A stretch of 64,000 nucleotides of DNA from Felis catus. Its lineage: Eukaryota. This document shows positions 25,101 through 39,196 of this stretch, one piece after another; positions within the stretch are counted from its first letter, which is position 1; every line of letters begins with the position of its first letter. Location: assembly GCF_018350175.1 (NCBI RefSeq), contig NC_058368.1, positions 176,268,001 through 176,332,000 on the forward strand. Direction: 5' to 3'. The notes under the pieces were generated by a model, which was not told the DNA's origin, searched no databases, and was given only the letters and a program-made list of their open reading frames with translations. Position numbers and translations under genes: made by a program.

Positions 25101-26779
25101 ATACAATCTTTCTTTTAATTCTCCCACGATACAGTTAAGGAAACTGAGGCAGAGAGAGGCTAACTGGTTTGCCTAGGGTCACAAATCTAATTAGGTGGTA
25201 GCAGCTCCTGAACCCAGAAATCAGGTTAGACTAATGTTCCTAACTACGTTTTGTAGATAACTACAAGAGTTATCTCTGGAAATCTATTTTAACAGGTAAC
25301 ATTTCAGAAGGCATCTACTTAACTAAATTTAATCTGTCTGGAGTTAAGGAAACAAAGAATCCATCTGCCGATTATTGATGAAGTCTATCACAAAAGCTTT
25401 TGTTACCTGAGGTAAAGCAGAAATATCTCAAGTCAAAAACAAAGTCCACTTTGCCTGCTCAGATCAGGATTCAGAAACTTTTTAAAATCTAATCTTACAT
25501 ACTATTCTTAATGTTTCAAATCCAGCAAAACATCTCATTACAAAAACAAAACAAAACAAAAAACACCAAACACACAAAAAAAGAAAGAAAACAAACCAAA
25601 AAAAACCCCCAACAAACCACAGTTCAAGAAAATTCCTTGGGAAAAAGCCCAGGTCAGTTCACTTGAAATTTCGTGGAGGAATTTTCCCCCCTCCAACCAG
25701 CTGAGCTCTGTGCCTGCCCTTCTGACTACCGCCTGACTTAAAATTTCCCTTTAAAGCTGATAAACACGTTGGAAAACTGGAAAGAGAAAAAAATCCACTC
25801 TGAATTGATGGAAGTGGGTGGAGGAAGAGATCATATTCCAATGAATCTATTACTTCATGTGTCCAAGAAAAGAGAACTAAGTGTACCCTTCACATTTGCC
25901 CAAATTGTTCCACATGTCTCCATAACCTGAAGGCCAGCCTAATAACTTAACTAACCATCTGAAATTATTCAAACTACTGAGGCAGCTATGGTGTGGTAAC
26001 ATATTTCAGAGAACCGCAGGGCTGGAATGGCCCAGAGGTCAAGTCCATGTTCCTCATTTTAATGATGAAGAAACTAAGTGCCAGGGAGCTCAATACCACA
26101 CTGAATCAGTGACAGAGTTGGAAGAGGAACCCACACCTCCTTAGTCCCACTCTACCAGGCTGCTTCCATAGCTTATTAAGGACAAAACAAACCAAGCAGT
26201 CCAGGAGCTCCCAACCAATTCCACAACCAGTTACCAAGACCATGCTCCATGTCAGGCTGTGAGGACACAAAGAGGAACTGGTTAAGGGGCCAACCCCCAA
26301 GGGGCTCATGAGCTTGTGAGACAAAACAAGGTTAGCAGTAGAGTGGGCCCTAAATAACATGCAGAGAATTTCATTCTACAAATACTCCCTGCTCACTTAT
26401 CATGAGCTCAGGTCTTATTAGAATTCTCCAAGCACAAAATACACCCTCCGCACAGAAAAGACTATAGCCAGCTCTCTCAAATCTTGTTTTGTTTTTTTGT
26501 TCCACGCTCAGATATGAGAACAGGGAACAAAAGGATGATTACTTCCCGGTGGCGCACAGATTAAGCGAGTAACTGCTTGGCTTCCCTGTTGGAATGGGTA
26601 AGTCCAGCTAGGACTACTCTTCTGATCCACTGTCCCTCCAGTGAGAGCCATAATAGGAGTGACCTCTATTAGTGGGTTCATGAAGAAACAGCAGAGATGC
26701 AGGAGAGCGACCTGCCTTATCCCCACAGAGATGACCCCTGTCATATCCTCTCATCCCAATCAAATGACACAAATTCTTT

Positions 26780-26863
26780 CAAGGGCAGCAATGTTATTAG
26801 GCACTACTAGAAAATATGGCCTTCATCAATGAATGAACGGATGAATAGATAAAGAGACTGTAG

Positions 26864-26915
<52 letters not shown>

Positions 26916-27568
26916 GGGTTATTATTCAGACATAAAAAAAGAATGATGGGAATGCAAGCTGGTGCAGCCACTCTGGAAAAACAGTGTGGAGGTTCCTCAA
27001 AAAACTAAAAATAGACCTACTCTACGACCCAGCAATTGCACTACTAGGCATTTATCCACGGGATACAGGTGTGCTGTTTCGAAGGGACACATGCACCCCC
27101 ATGGTTATAGCAGCACTATCAACAATAGCCAAAGTATGGAAAGAGCCCAAATGTCCATCAAGAAATGAATGGATAAAGAATATGTGGTATATATATACAA
27201 TGGAGTATTACTTGGCAGTCAAAAAAGAATGAAATCTTGCCATTTGCAACTACGTGGATGGAACTGGAAGGTATTACGCTAAGTGAAATCAGTCAGAGAA
27301 AGACAAAATCATAGGACTTCACTCATATGAGGACTTTTAGAGACAAAACCGATGAACATAAGGGAAGGGAAACAAAAATAATATAAAAACAGGGAGGGGG
27401 ACAAAACAGAAGAGACTCATAAATATGGAGAACAAACTGAGAGTTACTGGAGGGGTTGTGGGAGGGGGGATGGGCTAAATGGGTAAGGGGCACTAAGGAA
27501 TCTACTCCTGAAATCATTGTTGCACTACATGCCAATTAATTTGGATGTAAATTTTAAAAAATAAAAAA

Positions 27569-27605
<37 letters not shown>

Positions 27606-27900
27606 AATCTTTAAAAAAGAGAGAAAAAAAAAAGAATGAGATCTTGTCAGTTGTGACAACATGAATGGAACTCAAGGGCATTATGCTAGGTAAAATAAGA
27701 CAGAGAAAGTTAAATACTGTATGACCTCTCTTATATGTGGAAAAAAATATATAACATATATATTTATTTATGATATGTAAATAAAACAAATTTTTATATA
27801 GGTATATATATATAAAACCAGATGGGTGGTTGCCAGAGGTGGGATGTAGGGGATGGGAGAGATGGGTGAATTGTGTTTTGCTTTATTTAAATAATTTGAA
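26780..27900 (+). mobile_element. Older L1 3' fragment that hosts a younger nested L1
   Basis: L1 3' motifs continue on both sides of the insert. (CA)n at about 26868-26912. Confidence 0.75.
26947..27630 (+). mobile_element. Carnivore L1 3' end (ORF2 C-terminus, 3' UTR and poly-A), 5'-truncated
   Basis: ORF 26984-27232 (WRFLKKLKIDLLYDPAIALLGIYP...) is the L1 ORF2p C-terminus. (TAAA)n tail and TSD AAAAAAAGAATGA. Confidence 0.95.
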
Positions 27901-28259
27901 TTTAAATATTATTACTATAGAGAGAAAAACAAAGAAAATAGGAGATTCAGCATTAGACAAGACTGGCTTTCAATTCCAGCTACACCAAATATTAGCGGAG
28001 TGACTCCAGGCAATGACCTTACACTGAGCCTGTTTCCACTTTTGTAAAATGAAGATAATAATCTCTGCATCAAGATGTTAATGTATGAAAGTGCTCTGTG
28101 TAGTAGCTGACACCTAGACGTTCAATAAATACTAGTTATTCCTTCGTTTTCTCTGTGAGACAGCCACAGAATGAATAAAAGCCAGTTGCTTTATGAAGGA
28201 GTTTCTCATGTAACAGTGAGTTATTGTCGCCTCCACCTCCTCTCTGCCCCCAGCCCTCT

Positions 28260-29370
28260 GTGGTAGGCAGGATTCTAAGATATTCCCCCAAGATTCCCGT
28301 CCCCTAGTGTACATGCCTTGTCTAAACCCAGGATGGTAGGTATGATGGGACAGCCGCTCCCAAGATTAGACTGTGTTAAATAGTACTGCTGGCTTTAAGA
28401 GAAATTATCCTGAGTGGACCTGACCTAATCAGGTGAGTTTTAAAACGGATGGGACTCTCCCTGATAAAAGACATTTGAAGTGTGTGCATCACTTATGAAT
28501 TTATTGCCGATCATCTCTGAACACACCCTTTAATATGTGCTCTATAATAAGCAACTGAATTCCTCTCTCTCCTTTACAGTGAACAAGATGTTAAGCTTTC
28601 TCAGGAGAGGGGGCTAGAGGGACACTGCAGGTGTGGGCTGGAAGTTGGAGTGGGTATGAGAATATTCCGTGGAGCCTGTACTGATTCAGGCCTGGAACAC
28701 AGTCGCTCTTTGATCTGATAGCATCAGCCTGGAAATAACCTGTCTGCTGTCCCCCTGACAAGGAAACCAGAGCCCTTGCATGGCCTACGTGCTTTGAAGG
28801 TCTCCTGCTCACACGGATGCAGGGAATCCCACCCAGGCCATGAACTGCCCACTCTCCGGCCTGTACTCCAGAGGGTGGGTGGCCTACTGCTTGCTCACCA
28901 ACTCCAGCCTGGCCAAACCAATGAACTTCTCTGCTGTCAGGTGGGCTGAGCCATACTTTCTCCAATGAGGTCTGATTCCCTTCCAAGTCTGTCCTTCCTT
29001 GGGTACTCTCCCTCAGCCCTAAGGTACCATACAGAGTTTCCTTATTTATATCTTATACTTACTCTTTTGTTGTAATTAACAGTAATTATGTTAAACTTCC
29101 CCTGTTTAACCTACTGTGTGGCTTCTATCTCCTCACTGGACCCAGATCATTACAGGATGAGAAGGATTTGACACAAAGGAGATCCTCTCGTGCTGGCTTT
29201 GAAGATGCAAAGGGCTACTTGACAAAGAATGTGGCCTCTAGGGGCCAAGAGCAGTCACCAACTAATAGCAAGGAAAAGGGACCTCAATCTGACAACCAAT
29301 TCAAAGGAACTGAATTCTGCCACAGCCATAGGAGCTTGGAAAAGGGCCCCAAGCTCCAGATGAGAAGGCA
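28260..29370 (+). mobile_element. MLT1-type MaLR LTR with a nested ERVL-like LTR (about 28480-29155)
   Basis: Starts TGTGGTAGGCAGGATTCTAAGAT. MLT1 motifs resume at GCTGGCTTTGAAGATG..GGAACTGAATTCTGCC. The inner element ends in TAAACTTCCCCTGTT..CTGGACCC..TACA. Confidence 0.65.
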
Positions 29371-29669
29371 CAAACTTATTTCCATTAACCTTATCCCAAT
29401 GGTATCTCTACTAGAGTCCTTTCACTACCATGGGAATATGCCCTATTTTTGCCAACTCTACACCTGAAGTATCATTTCTTTTCTCCATACTTTCTATACC
29501 TGGACTTCCAGTTCAAAGTCTGTAATAATCTCTTTATCTCCCAAATTATAAAGGAAAAGATTATATAGTCAGAGTACGAAAAATATGCTTTTTTCATATA
29601 GCAGATGATAATAAGGTGGGCCGGGTGCCTAGATTTTCCTTCCACTATAAACAGTCAAGATATCCAACT

Positions 29670-29673
<4 letters not shown>

Positions 29674-29715
<42 letters not shown>

Positions 29716-29925
29716 AAACATTTATTTATTTTTGAGAGACAGAAACAGACAAGAGCACAAGCGGAGGAGGAGGAGCAGAGAGACAATGAGACACAGAATC
29801 CAAAGAAGGCTCCAGGCTCTGCACTGGCAGCACCAAGCCCAACGTAGGGCTCGAACCCACGAACCGTGAGATCATTACCCAAGCTGAAGTCAGACGCTTA
29901 ACTGACTGGGCCACCCAGGTGCCCC
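29674..29925 (-). mobile_element. Can-SINE with adjacent (TG)n
   Basis: Reverse SINE; TSD TATCCAACTATTT. Confidence 0.9.
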
Positions 29926-32900
29926 TATATCCAACTATTTCTAACGTATCCATGATAGACATGTAAGCAGTTCTCAGGCCAAAAAAAACTAAGCGAAGGC
30001 AAGTACCCAGAGGGGAAAATGAAGTGATTACAGGTTGCTTTCCACACCTTGAGGGCAACAGACTAAACCAGATGAACTTGAGCTTTTATTTTCACACCTC
30101 CCAGGGCATGGGAAACAGTAGACAAAGCCCAAGCCCACTTAAAGTAGAGAATCTAATACATGCTCAAGGGCTCTATCTCAAGGTAAGGATGTATCAGACA
30201 GAACCCCTGAAGAAGAATGCTAGGAAAATCAACTGTCTCAAATACAACCATCAAGAAGGAAGGAGAAAAACTGCCACTGCAAATGAGCCTTAATGAAGGT
30301 GTGTAACTCAAATTCGTATTATATTGTTTAAAAAAAACCCCACATAACAAGAATTTTACTTAATTTGATCCCACAGTGGTGATGGCCTTTGGCACTTGGC
30401 AGAAGCGATATAAATCCTTTCTGCAGAAGCCCACTCTCATAGCAAGTGCCTCAAAGACGTCATACGGGAAATGAATAGATGGCAGTCAAACATAATTAAA
30501 TGCATATGGCACCATGAGTGAGAGGGACCAAAGTTACAGCAGAGAGTTGACACAGATCCGCAAGGACATCATATATGGGAATGATCAGATGTGGACTATA
30601 AATAAACTGTCTACTATGTTTCGAGAAAGAAGTTTGAATATGTGCAGGGAGAAATGAGGAAGGGAGGAAGGGAGGAAGGAAAAACAAAACTTGTAAAAGC
30701 AGCAAAACAAACACCTACAGAAATGAAAAATAGAATACCTGAAAATAAAAAAGTCAGTTGGTGCAATTCTGGTCTGGTACAGCAGAGTAACTTGTATCAC
30801 ACTCATCCTATAGAAAGTGATTATAAACCCTGAATAAAATATGAAAAATAACTATTTGATGATACTAGAGAATGTCCAAACACAGGCAGAACCTGGAGGG
30901 GATTCAATCCTTGAAAGGAGGCCACACTAGTACCTTTATACAGCATTTCTCCTGAGAACATTGTCTAGTCCATGTGTGGAGCAAGATAAATAACTGAAGC
31001 TCAAGAAAAAGGCTGCAGTCTTACTGGCTTGGGATATCGAAAGATGAAGTTCAGAGCTGCCAGGGAGCTGGAAATTAAAGAAGGAAATCTCAAAAAGGGG
31101 TGCCAAAAAGGGGAGCCCCGAAGTCTGTGTATAAATTTCCCTTAACCCCTTAGCAGATCCCTGAACCGTGTATGTTCTGGGAAAAGGGCTGTGGAAAACA
31201 CCTGGAAGTCTGAAAGGATGTTGGGGAAATTACAGCTGCTGCCTACCACAGGAGAGAGAGGGTTCGGAATCTGAAGTTAGAACACTCAGATTTTCCACTG
31301 AAATTCCAGAACCAGAAGGGCCACACTTTAATGGAGAATTCATTCTAATCTAAAGGCAAAACTGACATAGATCTGCCCCAACAAAGTATAAAACCAACCA
31401 TCCACAAGTTTAAAGCGATCAATTAATAATTTCACTGTTTTTTACAACAAAATTTAACCTCTCTCAGAGAAACAAAGTAGAATCCAGAGTCTCTGTCATC
31501 TACAATATCCCGTATTTAGTAAAAAAGTCATGCAAAAACATAAGAAATCTAATCAGCAGTCAAGAACAAAGGGATCAACAGAAGTTGATTCCAAAATGAT
31601 ACAGATGTTGTAGTTAAAAGACAATGACTTTACAGCAGTTATCATAAATGTGTTTAAGGACTTAAAAGAAAATTTGGCTATAAAGAATGAACAGATTGGG
31701 AATGTCAGAAAATAAAAAAATCAAACAAACATAGGTACAACTGGAGTGTCAGAAGAAAAAGAACACAGTAGAAAAAAATAGAAGAAATACAGGCAGAAAT
31801 TTTCTCCATTTGATGGAAAACATTAACTTAACTTACAGATTCATATAGCTTAGCAAACTTCAATCAGAATAAATTCAAAGAAAACTACACCTACACACAT
31901 CATATTCAACCTGCTGAAAACCAAAGATAAAGAGAAAATCTTGATAACATCCAAAGGAAAAAGAACGTATAAAGAGGAATAATTATTCAAATTATAGCTG
32001 AGTTCTCAGCAGAAATAATGGAGGTCAGAAGACCATAGAAAAGCATCTTTAAAGTCAGCTAAAAGAAAAGAAAAATCCTGTCAATTCAGAATTCTATATC
32101 TAGAAAAACTATCCTTCAAAAAATGAACATGAAATAAAGACATTTCCAGGTAAATGAAAGATTAGTAAACATGTATCAGCATACCTGTCCTACAACAAAT
32201 ACTACAGGAAATTCTTCAGACTAAAGGGATATCAGATAGAAACTCAAATCTACAGGGGCGCCAGATAGAAACTCAAATCTACAGGGGCGCCTGGGTGGCT
32301 CAGTCAGTCAACTGAGTGTCTGACTTTGCCTTGGGTCATGATCTTGCAGTTCGTGAGTTTGAGCCCCACATCAGGTTCTGCATTGACAGAGAAGAGCCTG
32401 CTTGGGATTCTCTCTCTCTGCCCCTCCCCCACTCATGCTTCCTCTCTCAAAATAAACTTTTTAAAAAAAGAAACTCAAATCTACAAAAATAAGGAACTCT
32501 AAAAGGCAAAGGTAGTCAGAATGGATAAAAAATAAGACTGAGCTGGGGCGCCTGGGTGGCTCAGTCGGTTAAGCGTCTGACTTCGGCTCAGGTCATGATC
32601 TCACGGTCCGTGGGTTCGAGCCCCGCGTCAGGCTCTGTGCTGACAGCTCAGAGCCTGGAGCCTGTTTCAGATTCTGTGTCTCCCTCTCTCTGTGACCCTC
32701 CCCCGTTCATGCTCTGTCTCTCTCTGTCTCAAAAATAAATAAACGTTAAAAAAAAAAAAACTAAAAAAAAAAACATAAAAAAAAATAATAAGACTGAGCT
32801 ATATGCCGCCTGCAAAAAGGCACTTTCTGAATATAAAGACAGATATAATGCACAAGAAAGGTGGTACGATTATCAGTATCAGATAAAGTAAAAATCAAGT

Positions 32901-33322
32901 CAAGGAGTATCACCAAGGATAAAAAGGGATACCTTATAATGATAAAATGTCAATTTACTAAGAAGACATCATCATAAATGTGTATGCTCCTAATAACTGA
33001 GCTTCAAAACATGTAAGACAAAAGTAGAAAGAATTAAAAAGAGAAACAGAAAAATCTACCATAGCTGATGACTTTAACACCCTCTTTCAGGAATTAATAA
33101 TAGTGACAAAAAAACTCAATAAAGCTATAGAAGATTTGAACTACCTGGACCTGATGTTTATAAAACACACCACACTTAACTTCAAAATATACACTTCTGA
33201 AGTGCACATGATATGATTATAATGATAAACTCTTATGCTGGGTCATAAAACAAACCCCAATTGCAAAAGATTTGGAATCTTACAAAGCATATCTTCTTCT
33301 TTTTTTTTAATGTTTATTTATT

Positions 33323-33368
<46 letters not shown>

Positions 33369-33579
33369 TGAATGAGTGGGGGAGGGGCAGAGAGAGAGGC
33401 AGACAGAGTCTGAAGCAGGCTCCAGGCTCTGAGCTGTCATCACAGAGCCAGATGTGGGGCTCAAACCCATGAACAGAGAGATCATGACCTGAGCTGAATT
33501 CAGGCACTCAACCCACTGAGACACCCAGGCGCCCCCCAGAGTATATCTTCTGATAAGATATCTAGAAAAGTGCCAAATA

Positions 33580-33651
33580 GTTGGGATGAGCACTGGGTGT
33601 TGTATGGAAACCAATTTGACAATAAATTTCATATTAAAAAAAAAAGAAAGT
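33580..33651 (+). mobile_element. Extremely 5'-truncated feline L1 tail
   Basis: GTTGGGATGAGCACTGGGTGTTGTATGGAAACCAATTTGACAATAAATTTC plus poly-A, TSD AAGTGCCAAATA. Confidence 0.85.
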
Positions 33652-33799
33652 AAGTGCCAAATATTTAAAAATTAATGAAAAATACAGTGTCACCAAAATT
33701 TGTAGGCTGTGGCTAAAGTAATGCTTAGAGGGAATTCTACTGAATTAACTGCACACATTTTAAAAAGAACAAAGGTTTAAAATCATTTAAGTGTCCACT

Positions 33800-34280
33800 T
33801 AGCACTATCAACAACAGCCAAAGTATGGGAAGAGCCCAAATGTCCATCGCCAGATGGATGGATAAAGAAGATGTGGTAGATACATACAATGCAGTATTAC
33901 TGGGCAACCAAAAAAAAAAATGAAACCTTGCCATTTGCAACAACATGGATGGAACTAGGCAGCATTATGCTGAGCGAAATCAGTCAGTCAGAGAAAGACA
34001 AATATCATATGACTTCACTCATATGTGGAATTTAAGATACCAAACAGATGAACATAAAGGAAGAGAAGCAAAAATAATATAAAAACAGGGAGGGGGACAA
34101 AACATAAGAGACTCTTAAATACAGAGAACTGAGGGTTGCAGGTGGAGGGATGGACTAAATGAGGAAGGGGCATTAAGGAAGACACTTGTTGGGATGAACC
34201 ACTGGAAATACCCCTGAAATCATTGTTGCACTATATGCTAACTAACTTGATGTAAATTAAAAAAAAAAAAAAAAAAAGAA
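33800..34280 (+). mobile_element. Carnivore L1 3' end
   Basis: Similar to the 26947-27630 copy, with a poly-A tail. Confidence 0.9.
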
Positions 34281-36449
34281 GTTAAAAAAAGAGCAAATTA
34301 AACCCAAATTCAGGAGAAGTAAGGAAATAAATAAAAGAAAACCTAAGTACATGGAAAAATACACCATGTTAAAGATTAGAAGACTTGGTACTATTAAAAT
34401 GTCAGTTCTCTCTAAATTGATCTATAGATTAAACACAACACCAACTAAAATCAACCGGCTTTTTTTGGTAGAAACTGACTAGACTATTCTAAAATCTATA
34501 TGGCTATTTTAGAATAGCCAAATAATCTTAAAGAAAAAACATTAAGGACTTCAACTTTTTGATTTTAATGTAAAACTAAATATTCAAGAGAATGTGGTAT
34601 TGTGATAAGGCTAGACAAAGAGATCAACCAACAGATCATCTGGAAGTAGGCTCACACATATATGGTCAAATCATTTTGAACAAAGATGCCAAAGCAATTT
34701 AAAGGAGAAAGGAAAATCTTTCCAACCAATGATGCAGCAACAACGGAGTACCTGTACTATGAAAACAAACTGGCAATAAAAATAAATAAATACAAAATAA
34801 AAAGCCCAGGGCACCTGGGTGGCTCAATCAGTTAAGCGTCCAACTTCGGCTCAGGTCACCATCTCACAGTTTGTGGATTCGAGCCTCATGTCAGGCTCTG
34901 TTCTAACAGCTCAGAGCCTGAAGCCTGCTTCAGATTTGGTGTCTCCTTTGCTCTCTGCCCCTCCCCCACTCATGCTCTCTCTGTGTCTGTCAAAAATAAA
35001 TAAAACATTAAAAAAATTTTTTTAAAAATTAAAAAATCTGCATCTAAGGGCGCCTGGATGGCTCAGTCAGTTAAGCATTCCACTTCAGCTCAGGTCATGA
35101 TCTCGGGATTTGGGAGTTTGTGCCCTAAGTCAGGCTCTGTGCTGACAGCTCGGAGCCTGGAGCCTGCTTCAGATTCTGTGTCTCCCTCTCTGTCTGCCCC
35201 TCCCCTGCTCATATTTTCTCTCTCTTTCTTTCAAAAATAAATAAATACTTGCAATTTTTAAAAAACTCTATGTATCTATAAAGTCAAATACAACCTTCCC
35301 AAATCACACACCCTCCTAGGACCTGTTTCATCTGATCTCATCTTTGGAGATGACAGAGACAGTCCGCCTATAAAAAAAGCTCCTGAAGGAGCTTCAAAAG
35401 CTAGAGGTGAAGACAGAGACTAACAGCCAGCTAACAGAAGGCCAAATAAAACACGTGCTTCCTCTGGCCAAAAATGGGACAATTTGAACATCAACAAAGA
35501 TTAATTATACTGGATTGAAATACATCAAATATGTTTAAATGTATCAGATCATAATGATACCAACACAAAACAAAACTTATTGTTCATCCTCAGAAGATGC
35601 TAGGGAACACAATTCATTATTTTGCAAATGGGTAAGTAAAGAGAAAACCAGACATATAACCTAGCTTTCCTTTATGAACAGTTTTTAGCTATCTGGATAA
35701 TGAAACAGTTGAGTAAGTAAATATTTATGGATGTATTCTAGCTAATGAATAAATAGATTACAGAAACAGAGTATTGCCAATGATTCCAACAACACAAAGA
35801 AAACTGAGACGTTATGTACCCCCTGATGAAAGCATCAACACCATTTACGAAATAGACTTATCAAAAATTGAACCTGAATGTGATCTAGCCCCTAGATACG
35901 ACCACCAACTTATAGGAAATACAGAAGAAAGAAGAATATGTTAAACAATACTACAGGTATGCAATTAACAAGGACCATTCTCTGGAGAACTATGGGGCAA
36001 ACAACCCAGTTTTTTCCTATTAAAACGTGCAAGAAAAAAGAAAGAGAAATGGAGAAGAAATTGACACAGACTTGACAGGCACATCTACCAGTTGCAATGT
36101 GTGGTCTTCAAGCATCTTCATTCAAACAAAATGTAAAATAACTAATGAGACAACTAGGGAAATTTAAATATATGTGATGATATAAAGGAATTAACTTTTT
36201 CTGTGTGATAATAATAGTATTGTAGTTATTACATGAAAAAAGAATGATTATCCTTTAGACATATATATTGAAATATATATATGTCTGGAATTTGCTTCAA
36301 AATAATCTGGGGTGGAGAGGGGAAGTGTATGGGGATGAAACAAGATTGGCTGTGAGTGGATAATTTTTGAAGGTGAGTGACAGGTGGGTAGACAAATGAA
36401 GATGCATTGTTCTATGCCCTTAATTTTTGTAAAGAGCATACAGTACGTT

Positions 36450-36758
36450 TTAAAAGTTCAAGACCATGTATATATACATTATATATATATTATATATAAG
36501 GTATATAAAGTATATATATATAATATATATAAAGTACATATACAGTATATATATAAAGCATATATAAAGTATATATACAGTATATATACATGCAGTATAT
36601 ATACAGTATATATACAGTATATATAAAGTATATATACATACAGTATATATATAAAGTATATACATGTATATAAAGTATATATATATAAAGTATATACATG
36701 CATATAAAGTATATACGTACATAAAGTTCAAGACTATATATATATATGTACATATATA

Positions 36759-36828
<70 letters not shown>

Positions 36829-36830
36829 GC
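36450..36830. repeat. AT-rich low-complexity/minisatellite array ending in (TA)n(CA)n
   Basis: Repeated TATATAAAG/TATACAG units. Confidence 0.9.
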
Positions 36831-37262
36831 ACATCTCAGAAACCGACCAGCTTGTGGCTACTTGGTTGGAAACCAAAGTGGAACACTTTGGGAGGTGATC
36901 ACATCTTGTACTCAAACTGGCTCTAGAGCCAGGACCAAAGCAAGGCTATGCTCAGCTGTGGATGTGCACATCCCTGGACAGGCTGGGCAAAGCTCCTGTA
37001 GGCTGTGTAGGTCCTTGTGCAATGGGCAGTATTAGGCGGCTGGGGAGTGAGTGAGGGGGACTCGTCTGAAGTCACAGAATAGGGGCTTGTGGGAATAAGC
37101 AGATGAAGGAACTACTTTGGTAAGCGACTGGGGTCTCTCTGGCTCTTTATTTGTTTACTGTCTCCCCTCATTAAAGAGGGCAGGGGGATATGTCTGTCTT
37201 GTTTCTTCACTGCTATACATCCAGTGCTTGGCACACAGTAGGCTCTAAATAAACATGCTGAG

Positions 37263-37490
37263 GGGGCGCCTGGGTGGCTCAGTCAGTTAAGCATCCTACT
37301 TCAGCTCAGGTCATGATCTCACGGCTTGTGAGTTCGAGCCCCGCATCAGGCAGTGTGTGCCAACAGCTCAGAGCCTGCAGCCTGCTTCGGATTCTGTCTC
37401 CCTCTCTCTCTGCCCCTCCCCTCCTCACGCTCTGTTTCTCTCTCTCTCAAAAACAAACAAATATTGAAAATAATAAAAATAAAATAAAAC
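37263..37490 (+). mobile_element. Can-SINE
   Basis: SINE head and tail. Confidence 0.9.
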
Positions 37491-38609
37491 TCACATAACC
37501 ATACTACCACATAAACAGGCCACATACTATTCATCCTAAAAAAAACAAGGACTCCTGCCTTTTGGTCACTATTTCTTTCTGTGTATCACTCTGCGGGTGA
37601 GATGTACAATTAGTCAAGTGCTAAAGATATAGCATGTTTTCCAAGAAGCAATTGTATCTTCATAATACAGTACTGAATTTCTAATTTACCCTGAAGATGT
37701 TAAGTTTTGTGATTCCAGGGAAGCTACGTGCATAATTCAACATTAAAAACTAACCTAAGACCAAGAGAAAGTATGGAACAGTAACTAACAGGATTGTATG
37801 CTTGAGGAACAAAAGTGACCTTGTGCCTCAAAGAGGGAACCAGATGTATAACATTCAGACATTCCTCTGGTCAACTGTTAACACAAACTGGTTGTACTGG
37901 CAGAGATCCTGATTTTTCAGAGCTCAAACAAGTCACGCCCCACGAATCTAACCTTAAACCACAAACAAACTGGAAAGAGAAAAAAAGTGCCATAAACCGA
38001 AGGCAACGTAGAAGTCCATGAATGTATTTCAAAAATGTGACTTTGCTTAGGAAATCCAGTTTGGGTGTCTCTTATTTCAAGAGGTGGTTTCAAAAACATA
38101 TACAGTGAAGTTGTCTTTAAATTTCAAATTTATTACAGAATCCTGTCCCTTTGTGGAATAAAGTATTTGGGATTTGAATTCAAGTTATTCACCCAAGTTC
38201 CAGGCAGCTATTTTGCTAAGTAGGATATATGATGATCGGCTTTCAAAGAAACAAAAGAAAAAAACCAATTTCATAAAGTCTACGCTAGACAGCTCATTTC
38301 CCCATACAATGGCCTCCTTTCTGGACATTTCTAACATTTAATGTTAGAACACTGTGTGCTATGTTTAATACACTGATGACAGAACTAATCCACTGTCAAC
38401 AGAGAAGTCACCCATATGTTTGGGACAAAGGAAAAAATCTGGACAGCAAGAGGTAAAGGCTCACAGATACTTCTCATCTGAGTCACTAAGACTCCAAAGA
38501 TGTATAATTTCCAACCAAGTCCAGTTATTCATTTTACACTCGAAAATGAAAATAAGAGGCATGGAAATGATTGGAAAGGCTTCTTGTTTGTTTTAAAGAA
38601 AATATTATG

Positions 38610-38785
38610 AGAGGCACCTGGGTGGCCCGGTCAGTTAAGCGCTCACCTTGGGCTCAGAGTTCGAGCCTGGCACTGGGCTCTCTATCAGCACAGAGCCCAC
38701 TTCAGATCCCCTGCCCCTCACCTCTCTCTGCCCCTTCCCCCACTCATGCTCGCTCGCTCTCTTAAAAATAAGCATTAAAAAAAAG
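38610..38785 (+). mobile_element. Can-SINE with internal deletion
   Basis: SINE head and tail, TSD about AAAGAAAA(T/C)ATTAT. Confidence 0.85.
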
Positions 38786-39196
38786 AAAACATTATATGAA
38801 AATTAAGCAAGTTTCACACACGACGGAGGACCAGAAAGTTATAAAACATTTCTGCCCCATCTTCTTAATCCCCACTCTTTCTTCTGTGCAGTAATTTTCT
38901 CATTTTTAAAACCCTACTACCAAACTTGCGGCTCAAGTAGCAGAGATCTTCAAAGGAAGAAAAAACAAAGGCCTTTTGACCACTCCTTGGCTCCTGGACT
39001 GAAAAACAGCTCCCTTGTTGAGATTGTGATAGGAGATTCAGTGGTATAGACTGAAACTCAATCACTCTTACAAAAATGAGAAATTCTGATGACGTATGTA
39101 CTTCTTCACTCTTTAAAGCTAAAAACAGCTGGTATAAGAATTCTCCATTCTTTCATTCTGGAAACTGAGCTATAGCACCTAAAAAAGCCTTTTACC

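Larger units (their letters stand above)
30350..36420 (+). mobile_element. Long degraded ancient L1 (ORF1/ORF2 and 3' remnants) interrupted by at least 5 SINEs and 2 younger L1 tails
   Basis: A-rich L1-like motifs (CAATTCAGAATTCTATATCTAG..ACTATCCTTCAAA, AAATTGATCTATAGATT..AC, GAACAAAGATGCCAAAGCAATT). SINEs at 32285, 32545, 33298 (minus), 34808 and 35048. Confidence 0.75.

Noticed and set aside
36384..37035. Tyr/Ile-rich ORFs
   Set aside because: Artefacts of (TA)n low-complexity DNA.
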